Below are positions 39,975-48,752 of a stretch of 64,000 nucleotides of DNA, piece by piece. The translations under genes and the position numbers were made by a program. Source of the DNA: an uncultured Actinomycetota bacterium (lineage in GTDB: Bacteria; Actinomycetota; Actinomycetes; Propionibacteriales; Nocardioidaceae); NCBI GenBank assembly GCA_963723255.1, contig CAVRQA010000012.1, forward strand, positions 33,555-97,554, written 5' to 3'. The first letter of the stretch is position 1, and every line of letters starts with the position of its first letter. The notes beneath the pieces were generated by a model that had not been told where the DNA came from, did not search any database, and saw only the letters and a program-made list of their open reading frames with translations.

Positions 39975-41261
39975 TCAGCCCTCGAAGCAGGGGCCCTCGA
40001 ACGTGTAGTCGGTGGCCGTCGGGCCTGCGGCGAAGTCCTCGACCAGGCTGATGCCTGCCGGGGCCGCCTTGTCGACCTTGCTGATCACGGTCTCGCGGAA
40101 GACCGTCTCATTGGAGTCCCCGGTCCGGTTGCCGGCCTCCTCGGGCAGCATCCCCTCGTAGTCCACCGTCTCGAGTGACTTCACTGCCTCCAGCAGTCCG
40201 GCGCGGTCCTTCTCGTAGTCGCCGCTCAGCCACTCCTCGAGAGCAGCCTTGAGCGGGTAGGACCACACCCAGCCGACGGTGTAGCCGTCGTTCGGCTGCT
40301 TGACGTCTCCCACCGCGTCACGCATGGCCTGGTGGCCCGGAGTGTCGGTGCCGAAGCTGCCCCACGCACCCGAGTGCAGGAAGAGCTTCTCCAGGGCCGG
40401 AGCCGCCGGCGAGGCCAGCAGCGCCGGGTTCCAGGTCGGGGTGACACCGACGAACTGCCCCGTGTAACCCTGAGCAGCCGCCTGCCCGACGATCACCGCG
40501 GTCTCGGTGGGGCTGGTGCCGAGCACGACCAGGTCGGGCTTGTTCTTGACCACGGCACTGATCGCCCCGGCCTGCTCCTCCTGGCCGGGTGCGGTCTCCA
40601 CGTTGGTGAAGTCGACACCGTTCTTCTCGGCCGCGATCTCGACGCCCGCGGCGGCGTCGCCGCCGTAGTCACCCGGGAAGCCGATCGACATCACGGACTT
40701 GATCGACTTCTCCTTGACCATGTAGTCGACGACGTTCATTCCCTCGACGCAGTAGTTCGATCCGGACTCGAGGATGTTGTCCTCGAAGGCCCACAGCGAG
40801 GTCCACGAGGCCGGGGCCCCGATCATCTCGTCGGACTTCAGCGACGGCACGATCGCCAGCGTGGTCGGCGAGCCGAGGGTCTGGGCGAGCGCGAGGACGT
40901 CGCCCTTGATCTCGGAGTACACCTGCGCATGTGTCTGCGGGTTGTAGAGGTTGTCCTTGACGTACTTCGTGACGTCGATGTCGTAGCCACCGATGCCGCC
41001 GTCCTCGTTGACCCGTTGCCAGAAGGCCTTCTGCGCCTCGGTGATCGGCACGCCCAGAGGGGCGAAGGGGCCCTGCGTCAGGTCGGAGATCGTGCCGAGG
41101 TAGATGCAGCCGTTGTCCTCGTTGACGGCCTCCGGACATGGCTCGTCGCTGATGCCGGGGGTGCTACCTGCGCCTCCCTCACCGCCACCGCTGTCCCGGC
41201 CGCAGCCGGTGACGACGAGTGCGAGTGCCGCCAACAGCACTCCTGTGTTCCTTATCTTCAC
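39975..41261 (-). CDS. LIV-type ABC transporter substrate-binding lipoprotein
   Basis: Lipobox VTGC; LGTISDLTQGPFAPLG, VNEDGGIGG. Confidence 0.88.
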   Translation of the reverse strand: MKIRNTGVLLAALALVVTGCGRDSGGGEGGAGSTPGISDEPCPEAVNEDNGCIYLGTISDLTQGPFAPLGVPITEAQKAFWQRVNEDGGIGGYDIDVTKYVKDNLYNPQTHAQVYSEIKGDVLALAQTLGSPTTLAIVPSLKSDEMIGAPASWTSLWAFEDNILESGSNYCVEGMNVVDYMVKEKSIKSVMSIGFPGDYGGDAAAGVEIAAEKNGVDFTNVETAPGQEEQAGAISAVVKNKPDLVVLGTSPTETAVIVGQAAAQGYTGQFVGVTPTWNPALLASPAAPALEKLFLHSGAWGSFGTDTPGHQAMRDAVGDVKQPNDGYTVGWVWSYPLKAALEEWLSGDYEKDRAGLLEAVKSLETVDYEGMLPEEAGNRTGDSNETVFRETVISKVDKAAPAGISLVEDFAAGPTATDYTFEGPCFEG

Positions 41262-41292
41262 GGTCTCTCTCCTTTGGTTGCGTGGCGGGCGC

Positions 41293-42396
41293 TCAGTAGC
41301 TGAACGGCCAGCCCTTCCAGTAGTTGCGTATCCGGATCCAGATGCCGTAGAGCCCTCGAGGCTCGAAGAGCAGGAAGGCCACGATCAGCAGGCCGTAGAG
41401 GATCGACTCGAGCTGGAAGACGTTGGGGGTGTCGGTGACCTGCGCCGAGATGAGCGGCACGTACGCCGGCAGCTCGCGTGTCAGCGTGGGCAGCAGTGAG
41501 ATGAAGAGCGCGCCCATGATGGTGCCGCTGACCGTCCCGGCCCCGCCGATCAGCACCATGGCGATGAACTGCACCGACAGCAGGAGGTTGAAGGCCGTGG
41601 GCTCGACGAAGCCCGTGACCGTGTAGAGCACGGCCCCGCTGCAGCCGGCGTAGAAGGAGGAGATCCCGAAGGCCACCGTCTTGGTCTGCGGGAGGTTGAT
41701 CGCCATCATCTCAGCGGCCATGTCGCGGTCGCGGACCGCGGCGAAGGCGCGCCCGACGCGTGAGCGGGCCAGGTTGCGGGCGCCGAGTGCGAAGACCAGC
41801 AGCAGCACCAGCATCAGGAAGTAGAGGTTCTGGTCCTTGGTGAGGTATTCCGAGCTCTCGCTGAAGGTGTAGCCGAACAGCTCGGGGATGGCTGCCTCGC
41901 GGCCGACACCCACCCCGCCCGTCAGCTCGCTCCACTCCCGGAAGATGTGCTCACCGAGGAAGACCAGGCCGAGGGTGACGATGGCGAGGTAGAGCCCGCG
42001 CAGGCGGGTGGCGAGCGGGGCGACCAACACCCCGGCCAGGGCGGCGACCAGCCCGGCGGCGGGCAGCCAGACCAGGATGTTGGTGATTCCGTAGCCGATC
42101 GTGCGTCCCTCGGGGTCACCCGAGATCGCCGCTGCCGTGTAGGCGCCGATCCCGAGGAAGAAGGCGTGCCCCAGGGAGACCTGGCCGGCCAGGCCCGTGA
42201 CGATGTTGAGGCCGAGCGCGCCGATCGCGAACGCGAACCCGAGCGCCAGGGTCTGCAGCAGGGGGTCGTTGACCAGGAACGGCGTCAGGAACGCCACCAG
42301 CACGATCAGGCCGACCCAGATCAGCTTGGGGCGGGTGTTGAACAGCGCCAGCTCCTGGGCGTAGGAGCGGTAGAACAACGGTCGACCGCCGCTCAT
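41293..42396 (-). CDS. LivM-like ABC permease
   Basis: GLAGQVSLGHAFF, RLRGLYLAIVTL, GRAFAAVRD. Confidence 0.92.
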   Translation of the reverse strand: MSGGRPLFYRSYAQELALFNTRPKLIWVGLIVLVAFLTPFLVNDPLLQTLALGFAFAIGALGLNIVTGLAGQVSLGHAFFLGIGAYTAAAISGDPEGRTIGYGITNILVWLPAAGLVAALAGVLVAPLATRLRGLYLAIVTLGLVFLGEHIFREWSELTGGVGVGREAAIPELFGYTFSESSEYLTKDQNLYFLMLVLLLVFALGARNLARSRVGRAFAAVRDRDMAAEMMAINLPQTKTVAFGISSFYAGCSGAVLYTVTGFVEPTAFNLLLSVQFIAMVLIGGAGTVSGTIMGALFISLLPTLTRELPAYVPLISAQVTDTPNVFQLESILYGLLIVAFLLFEPRGLYGIWIRIRNYWKGWPFSY

Positions 42397-43304
42397 ACCC
42401 TCCTCACCTCCGGCGTGCCGAAGAGGCCGTAGGGCTTGGCGAGCAGCACCAGCAGCATCAGGGCGTACGGCGAGACCACCGCGAAGTTGTCGCCCAGCCA
42501 CGGCGCGAGGTCACGCTGGTAGCTGCCGACCAGCGACTGCACCACCCCCACTGCCAGGCCGCCGACCACCGCTCCCTCGAGCGAGTCGAGGCCGCCGAGG
42601 ATGATCGCCGGCAGTGCCACGAGCGTCACGATCCACAGCTGCCGGTCCACGCCTGCGCTGGTGGCGAGCAGGGTGCCGGCGACGGCGGCGAGTGCCCCGG
42701 CGATGGCCCACGACATCGCGAAGACCTGGCCGACGCTGACGCCCTGGGTGAGGGCCGCCTCCTGGTCGAAGGCCGCAGCGCGCATGGCCAGCCCGTAACG
42801 GGTGTACCGGTAGAACCAGAACAGGGCAGCCAGGATCACGATGAGGGTGGCCACCGACACCAGGTGGCGTTCCTGCACGCGAAGCCCCAGCACGCTCACC
42901 CGCTCCAGCCCCCAGGGGTTCGGGATCGGGCGGGCGCCCAGGCCGATGAACCCGCTGGCCACCACCCGGACCGCGATGTCGATTCCGATGGTGATGATCG
43001 CGACCACGAACGCGGGCCGCCCCACCATGGGGCGGATCGCGGCGCGCTCGATGACCATCGCGATCAGCGCGGTGAGCACCGCGGCGATGCTGAGGGAGAG
43101 GAAGAACGAGAAGCCGGTGAACAGCACCACCCCGATCGCCGGAGCGACGTAGCTGGTGATCGTCGCCCCGGTGAGCATGAAGGCCGGCTGGGCGAAGCTG
43201 ATCACGCCGGTGGACTTGTAGATGATCACGAAACCGAGGGCCAGCAGTGCGTAGACCGAGCCGGTGCCCAGCCCGCGCAACACTGCCTCGAGGAACTCGG
43301 TCAT
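42393..43304 (-). CDS. LivH-like ABC permease
   Basis: GSVYALLALGFVIIYK, GLAMRAAA, ILGGLDS, KPYGLFG. Confidence 0.92.
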   Translation of the reverse strand: MTEFLEAVLRGLGTGSVYALLALGFVIIYKSTGVISFAQPAFMLTGATITSYVAPAIGVVLFTGFSFFLSLSIAAVLTALIAMVIERAAIRPMVGRPAFVVAIITIGIDIAVRVVASGFIGLGARPIPNPWGLERVSVLGLRVQERHLVSVATLIVILAALFWFYRYTRYGLAMRAAAFDQEAALTQGVSVGQVFAMSWAIAGALAAVAGTLLATSAGVDRQLWIVTLVALPAIILGGLDSLEGAVVGGLAVGVVQSLVGSYQRDLAPWLGDNFAVVSPYALMLLVLLAKPYGLFGTPEVRRV

Positions 43305-45133
43305 CGGCTGCTCGCGGTGTACATGTCCTCGACCGTGCTCTCGTACATCCTCGCGATCGCGGACCGCTTGACCTTCTGGGTCGCGGTCAGCTCGCCGTCC
43401 TCGTGGTCCAGCTCCTTGGGGAGCAGCCGGAACTCCTTGACCTGCTCGACCTGGGCCAGGCGAGAGTTGACGTCCTTCACGATGCCGGCCATCAGCTCGA
43501 GCACCTCAGGCTTCTCGCAGAGGTCGCGGTAGGTGCTGTAGCCGACCCGTCGCCGCTGGGCCCACTCGCCGACGGTGTCCAGCTCGATCCCGATCAGCGC
43601 GGTGAGGAACTTGCGTCCGTCGCCGACCACGATCGCCTCGCGGACGTACGGCGAGGCCTTGAGCTCGTTCTCGATCTGGGAGGGCGAGATGTTCTTGCCG
43701 CCGGCGGTGATGATGATGTCCTTCATCCGGTCGGTGATCCGCAGGTGGGTCCCGTCCTCCCAGACGCCGACGTCGCCGGTGCGCAGCCAGCCGTCGGCGG
43801 TGACCACCTCCGCGGTGGCCTCGTCGTTGCGCCAGTAGCCCATGAAGACGCCGTCGTGCCGCGTCAGGATCTCGCCGGTCTCCTCGTCCACCTTGACCTC
43901 GGTGCCGGGGTGGGCCTCGCCCACGGTGCCGAGCCTGATCCGGCCCGGGCGGTTGGCCGTGGCCACCGCGCTGTTCTCGGTCATCCCGTAGACCTCGTGC
44001 ATCGGCACCCCGATGCCCATGAAGAACCGCAGCACCTCGGGCGCGATCGGGGCGGCCCCGGACGCGGCGTACCGCACCTTGCGGAGGCCGAGCCGGTCCT
44101 TGAGAGCCCGGAAGAAGAACACGTACCCGACCGCGTAGAGCAGCCGCGTCCCCGCGGTGTGCGACCCACCGTTGTGCACCAGGCGCTGGCCGATCCGGTC
44201 CGCGACCTTGAGCCAGAACGCCGCGTTCTTGCGCTTGAACCAGGTCGCCCCGGAGAGCCTGATCTCGATGCCCGCCAGCAGCTTCTCCCAGATCCGGGGG
44301 ACCCCGAAGAGGACGGTGGGCTGCACCTCGCGGAGGTTCGCGGGCACCGTCTCGATCGACTCGGCGAAGTTGACCTGGGTGCCGGCGGCGGCGTTGAACC
44401 ACGTGCTGAAGATGCGCTCGGCCACGTGGGAGAGCGGCAGGTAGGACAGCAGCAGGTCATCGGGGCCGGGCGGCGGGTCGGTGAAGGCACCCTCGATGAC
44501 GAGCACGCGGATGGCGAACTCGACGTTGGCGACGCTGAGCATCGCCCCCTTGGGCGGGCCGGTGGTGCCCGACGTGTAGATCAGGGTGGCGAGGTCGTCG
44601 GGCTGCTGGCCCTCGAGCACCTCGGCAAGGGCGTCGGGGTGCTCCTCACGGTGCGCTCGCCCGAGGTCGAGGAACTCCTCCCACGGCATCAGCAGCTCGT
44701 GGTCGTAGCGGTGCCGGATCCCCCTCGGCTCGAGGTAGACGACGCGCTGGAGCCCGGGGGCCTGGTCGAGCACCTCGAAGGTCTTGTCGACCTGCTCCTG
44801 GTCCTCCGCGACGATCACCTTTGCCCCGGAGTCGCCGAGCAGGTACCCGACCTCGGCGGCCGGGTTGGTGGGATAGATCCCGACCGACGCGGCCCGGGCG
44901 GCCAGGGCTCCCATGTCCGCGATCAGCCACTCCGGCCGGTTCTCGGAGTGGATCGCGACCCGGTCACCGGGCTCGACCCCGAGAGCCAGGAACGCGTGGC
45001 CCGCCAGCTGGACGTGGTCCCAGTACGACTCCCACGTCCACTCGCGCCAGATGCCCAGGTCCTTGTCGCGCAGCGCCACGGCGCGCGGCATCTGCGCGGC
45101 GTGGTCGCGGATGCGGGTGGCGGGGCTGGTCAC
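43301..45133 (-). CDS. AMP-dependent long-chain acyl-CoA synthetase
   Basis: IYTSGTTGPPKGAML, YLPLSHVAE, YGMTE, GWLRTGD, DRMKDIIITAGGKNISP; GTG at 45133. Confidence 0.92.
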   Translation of the reverse strand: MTSPATRIRDHAAQMPRAVALRDKDLGIWREWTWESYWDHVQLAGHAFLALGVEPGDRVAIHSENRPEWLIADMGALAARAASVGIYPTNPAAEVGYLLGDSGAKVIVAEDQEQVDKTFEVLDQAPGLQRVVYLEPRGIRHRYDHELLMPWEEFLDLGRAHREEHPDALAEVLEGQQPDDLATLIYTSGTTGPPKGAMLSVANVEFAIRVLVIEGAFTDPPPGPDDLLLSYLPLSHVAERIFSTWFNAAAGTQVNFAESIETVPANLREVQPTVLFGVPRIWEKLLAGIEIRLSGATWFKRKNAAFWLKVADRIGQRLVHNGGSHTAGTRLLYAVGYVFFFRALKDRLGLRKVRYAASGAAPIAPEVLRFFMGIGVPMHEVYGMTENSAVATANRPGRIRLGTVGEAHPGTEVKVDEETGEILTRHDGVFMGYWRNDEATAEVVTADGWLRTGDVGVWEDGTHLRITDRMKDIIITAGGKNISPSQIENELKASPYVREAIVVGDGRKFLTALIGIELDTVGEWAQRRRVGYSTYRDLCEKPEVLELMAGIVKDVNSRLAQVEQVKEFRLLPKELDHEDGELTATQKVKRSAIARMYESTVEDMYTASSR

Positions 45134-45909
45134 GGGGAGATCTCCTCCCCGAGGTAGGCGCGGACGACGTCGGGGTGGCGCTGCACCTCGTCGGGGGTGC
45201 CCGTCGTGATCGCGGTGCCGAAGTCGACCACCATGACCCGGTCGGCCAGGTCCATCACCAGGCCCATGTCGTGCTCGACCATGATGATCGGCACGTTCAG
45301 CTCGTCGCGGATGTCGAGGATGTAGCGGGCCGTGTCCTCGGTCTCTTCGAGGTTCATCCCGGCGACGGGCTCGTCGAGCAGGAGCAGCTTGGGTTCCATC
45401 GCGAGCGCCCGGCCCAGCTCGACACGCTTCTGCACGCCGTACGGCAGCAGGCCCACGGGCAGGGTGCGCCACTGCTCGAGCTCGAGGAAGTCGACGATCT
45501 CCTCGACGAAGCGGCGGTGCTCCAGCTCCTGGTTGCGGGCCCGACCCCGCCACACGAAGGCGGCGGCGAAGCCGTAACGGATGTGCTGGTGCCGACCCAG
45601 CATCAGGTTGTCCAGGACGGTCAGGTGCTCGAAGAGGGCGATGTTCTGGAACGTGCGGGCCAGGCCCATCCCGGCGATCCGGTTGGGGCGGCCGCCCAGG
45701 ATGTTCTGGCCGAGGAACTCCACCGAGCCCTGCTGGGGGCGGTAGACCCCGGAGAGCACGTTGAACAGCGAGGTCTTGCCCGCTCCGTTCGGGCCGATGA
45801 TCGCGAACAGCTCGCCGGGGCGGACCTCGAAGCTGACCCCGTTGACCGCCTTGACGCCGGCGAAGGAGAGGTGGACGTCGTCGAGCCGTGCGACCGGACC
45901 CTCGCTCAT
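45130..45909 (-). CDS. LivG-like ABC ATPase
   Basis: GPNGAGKTS, RTFQN, LPYGVQKRVELGRAL, LLLLDEP. Confidence 0.93.
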   Translation of the reverse strand: MSEGPVARLDDVHLSFAGVKAVNGVSFEVRPGELFAIIGPNGAGKTSLFNVLSGVYRPQQGSVEFLGQNILGGRPNRIAGMGLARTFQNIALFEHLTVLDNLMLGRHQHIRYGFAAAFVWRGRARNQELEHRRFVEEIVDFLELEQWRTLPVGLLPYGVQKRVELGRALAMEPKLLLLDEPVAGMNLEETEDTARYILDIRDELNVPIIMVEHDMGLVMDLADRVMVVDFGTAITTGTPDEVQRHPDVVRAYLGEEISP

Positions 45910-46693
45910 GCCGACCAGCGCTTCTTGCGTCGGTAGTGCTTGGTCTCGCGGAAGGACTTGCGCCCGTCCTCTCCGGGGTGCAGGCCGAGGTAGAACTCGC
46001 GCACGTCGTCATCCTTGAGCAGCTCCGCCGCGGGCTTGTCGAGGACCACCCGCCCGGTCTCCATCACGTAGCCGTGGCGGGCGACCGAGAGTGCCATGGT
46101 GGCGTTCTGCTCGACCAGGAGTACGCCGGTGCCCGCCTCGTTGATCGCCACGATCACGTTGCGGATGTTCTCGACCATCAACGGCGCCAGGCCGAGCGTG
46201 GGCTCGTCCAGGAGGAGGTAGCGCGGGTCCGTCATCATCGCCCTGCCGATGGCGAGCATCTGCTGCTCGCCCCCGGAGAGGTAGCCGGCCGTCCGGCCGC
46301 GTCGGTCGGCAAGCTGGGGGAACAGCTCGAAGACCCTCTCGAGGTTCTGGGTCATCGTGGACCGCGCGGTGTGGGCGCCGACCCGGAGGTTCTCCTCGAT
46401 GGTGAGCTCGACGAAGACCCGGCGTCCCTCGAGCACCTGCCGGACTCCCTTGCGCACGATCCGCTCCGGTGACTCCCGGTGGATCGCGTCGTCGTCCAGG
46501 GTGACCCGGCCCTTGGTGACCTCGCCGTCGTGGATGTCCAGCAGGCCGGTGAGCGCGCGGAGCAGGGTGGTCTTGCCGGCGCCGTTGGACCCGAGCAGCG
46601 CGATGATCTGACCGTCCGGCACGTGCAGGCTCACACCGCGGAGGGCCAGCACGACGTCGTCGTAGACCACCTCGAGGTTCGAGCTGCGAGCAT
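45906..46693 (-). CDS. LivF-like ABC ATPase (indel near the start)
   Basis: GSNGAGKTT, LSGGEQQML, LLLDEP, VEQNA; ATG 46693 is one frame off. Confidence 0.9.
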
Positions 46694-46744
46694 CAACCCT
46701 CCGGGCTCCGAGTCGTGACTGGGTGTGGCGCTGCCCCATCGTGG

Positions 46745-46760
46745 TGTGACACGCATCACC
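46745..46760. promoter_or_regulatory. CRP/GlxR-like site upstream of the LIV-type/acyl-CoA ligase operon
   Basis: TGTGA-cacgca-TCACC, 9/10 match to TGTGA-N6-TCACA. Confidence 0.5.
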
Positions 46761-46798
46761 TGCGCAAGGTCGACGCTGCTCCAGGGACCGCTGGCGCC

Positions 46799-47458
46799 TC
46801 ATCCGCCGCCGAGCACCAGCAGGCAGGCGCCGGGCTCGGCGAAGGGGATCAGGCGGACGTCGGTGGGGGAGGCCCCGCACTCGTCGAGGACGCCCTTCAC
46901 CAGGCCCTCGTGCATCCCGCAGACGACGGCCTCGTTGGTGTGTGCCGCCTGCAGCAGCGGGCAGCGGGTGAGGCGCAGCCGGGTGGCCGTCTCGTCCGCC
47001 TCGGGGGCGAACCCGACCGCCTCCATCACGGTGACGACCTGCTCCCGGGCGGCCCGCGCGGAGGGCTGCCGCGCGATGCCCTGCTCGCGGCACAGCTCCC
47101 GCCCGCGGCGTCGGCCGGCCGCCAAGGCGTTCTCCAGCCCGGTCTCGCCCCGCTGGCCGAGCGACCAGGCCAGGGCGGCGGCCATCTCGGCGTGGTCGGT
47201 CTCGGCCGGACGCGGACCCACCGCCTCGTAGAGCCAGGCGGGTCGTCCGCGGCCGTCGTGCAGCGCGCGGTGGCGCACCACCAGCCCCGCATCCACGAGC
47301 CAGGTGAGGTGCTCGCGCAGGGTGTTCGGGTGCCGTCGCGTGATCGCGGCCAGGGCCGTGACGCCGACCGGATCGGGCTGGTTGCGGAGCTTGTCCAGAA
47401 GATCGGCGCGGACGGTTGTCAGCGCCGACGCGACCGGCCTATTTTTCACGGTATTCAT
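46799..47458 (-). CDS. ArsR-like HTH regulator with C-terminal Cys cluster (ArnR/SufR-like), divergent from narK
   Basis: HPNTLREHLTWLVDAGLV, GRGRPAWLY, CP-x13-CGMHEGL...GAC. Confidence 0.82.
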   Translation of the reverse strand: MNTVKNRPVASALTTVRADLLDKLRNQPDPVGVTALAAITRRHPNTLREHLTWLVDAGLVVRHRALHDGRGRPAWLYEAVGPRPAETDHAEMAAALAWSLGQRGETGLENALAAGRRRGRELCREQGIARQPSARAAREQVVTVMEAVGFAPEADETATRLRLTRCPLLQAAHTNEAVVCGMHEGLVKGVLDECGASPTDVRLIPFAEPGACLLVLGGG

Positions 47459-47466
47459 CGTAATAA
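47443..47466. promoter_or_regulatory. AT-rich imperfect inverted repeat, candidate operator between the regulator and narK
   Basis: TTTTCACG-N8-CGTAATAA (6/8 symmetric) in a ~70% GC background. Confidence 0.5.
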
Positions 47467-47509
47467 CTTGCAGAGACGAGCGATCTCCGTTTCGACAAGG
47501 AGCGGCACG

Positions 47510-48752
47510 ATGACCACGACGTCCACACCGGGCGCCACGACACCGCGATCCACCGCGAGCGCGGGCTCGCCCGTGCTGATGCTCGTCCTCGCCACGATCG
47601 GCTTCGCGGTCAACTTCTGGGCCTGGGCGCTGATCAGCCCCCTCGGACCCATGTTCAAGGACAGCGGCGCCCTCGGCACGCTGACCCAGACAGACGTGGC
47701 GCTGCTGGTCGCCGTGCCCGTGCTCGTGGGCTCCCTCGGTCGGATCGTCGTCGGCGCCCTCACCGACCGCTACGGCGGCCGGCTGATGTTCAGCCTGGTC
47801 TCGGCGGCCACCATCGTCCCGGTCCTGTTCATCGCGTTCTTCGCGCTCGACTCCTACGCCCTGCTGATCGTCGGCGGCTTCTTCCTCGGCATCGGCGGCA
47901 CGGCCTTCGCCGTCGGGGTTCCCTTCGTCAACGCGTGGTTCCCGCCCGAGCGCCGGGGGTTGGCCATCGGCATCTTCGGCGCCGGCATGGGCGGCACCGC
48001 GATCAGCGCGCTCACCACCGTGAAGCTGTTCGACGAGGGCGAGAAGCTGCCGTTCCTGATCACGGCCGCGGTGCTGGCGGTCTACGCAGTGGTGGCGTGG
48101 CTCGTCCTGCGCGACGCCCCGGGACGCGTCGTACCCGCGACCAGCCTGATGACCCGGCTCGTGGCCAACTCCGCGGCTGCGGGTCACCTGGCAGGCCTGC
48201 ATCCTCTACGCGGTCGCCTTCGGTGGGTACGTCGCCTTCTCGGTCTACCTGCCCGCCTACCTCAAGACCGCCCATCACCTGACCGCAGCCGACGCCTCCA
48301 ACCGGATGGCCGGCTTCGTGGTGATCGCGGTGCTGATGCGCCCGGTGGGTGGCTGGCTCGGTGACCGCATCGGACCGATCCCGGTCCTGGCGGCTGTCTT
48401 CGGGACGGTGGCGGTGTGCGCCGGCATCTCCGCGGGCACGCCTCCCCTGGACGGCATCGGCACAGTCGCGTTCCTGGTGATGGCGGCCGCCCTCGGCGCC
48501 GGCAGCGGCGCCACCTTCGCCCTGATCGCGCAGGTCACCGATCCCGCCCGGGTCGGTGGGGTGACCGGCCTGGTCGGGGCGGCGGGTGGCCTGGGCGGCT
48601 TCGTCCCTCCACTGATCATGGGCTACGTCTACGGGCAGACTCAGTCCTACGCGATCGGGCTCTGGCTGCTGGCCATCACGGCAGCCCTCACCCTGCTGCT
48701 CACCGTGACCGTCGTACGCCGCACCGCCGCCGAAGGGAGCGCAGCAGCATGA
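47510..48752 (+). CDS. narK: Nitrate/nitrite MFS transporter (frameshift near 48175)
   Basis: NFWAWALISPL, GSLGRI..GALTDRYGGR, FAVGVPFVNAWFP, RPVGGWLGDR, GLVGAAGGLGGF. Confidence 0.9.
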
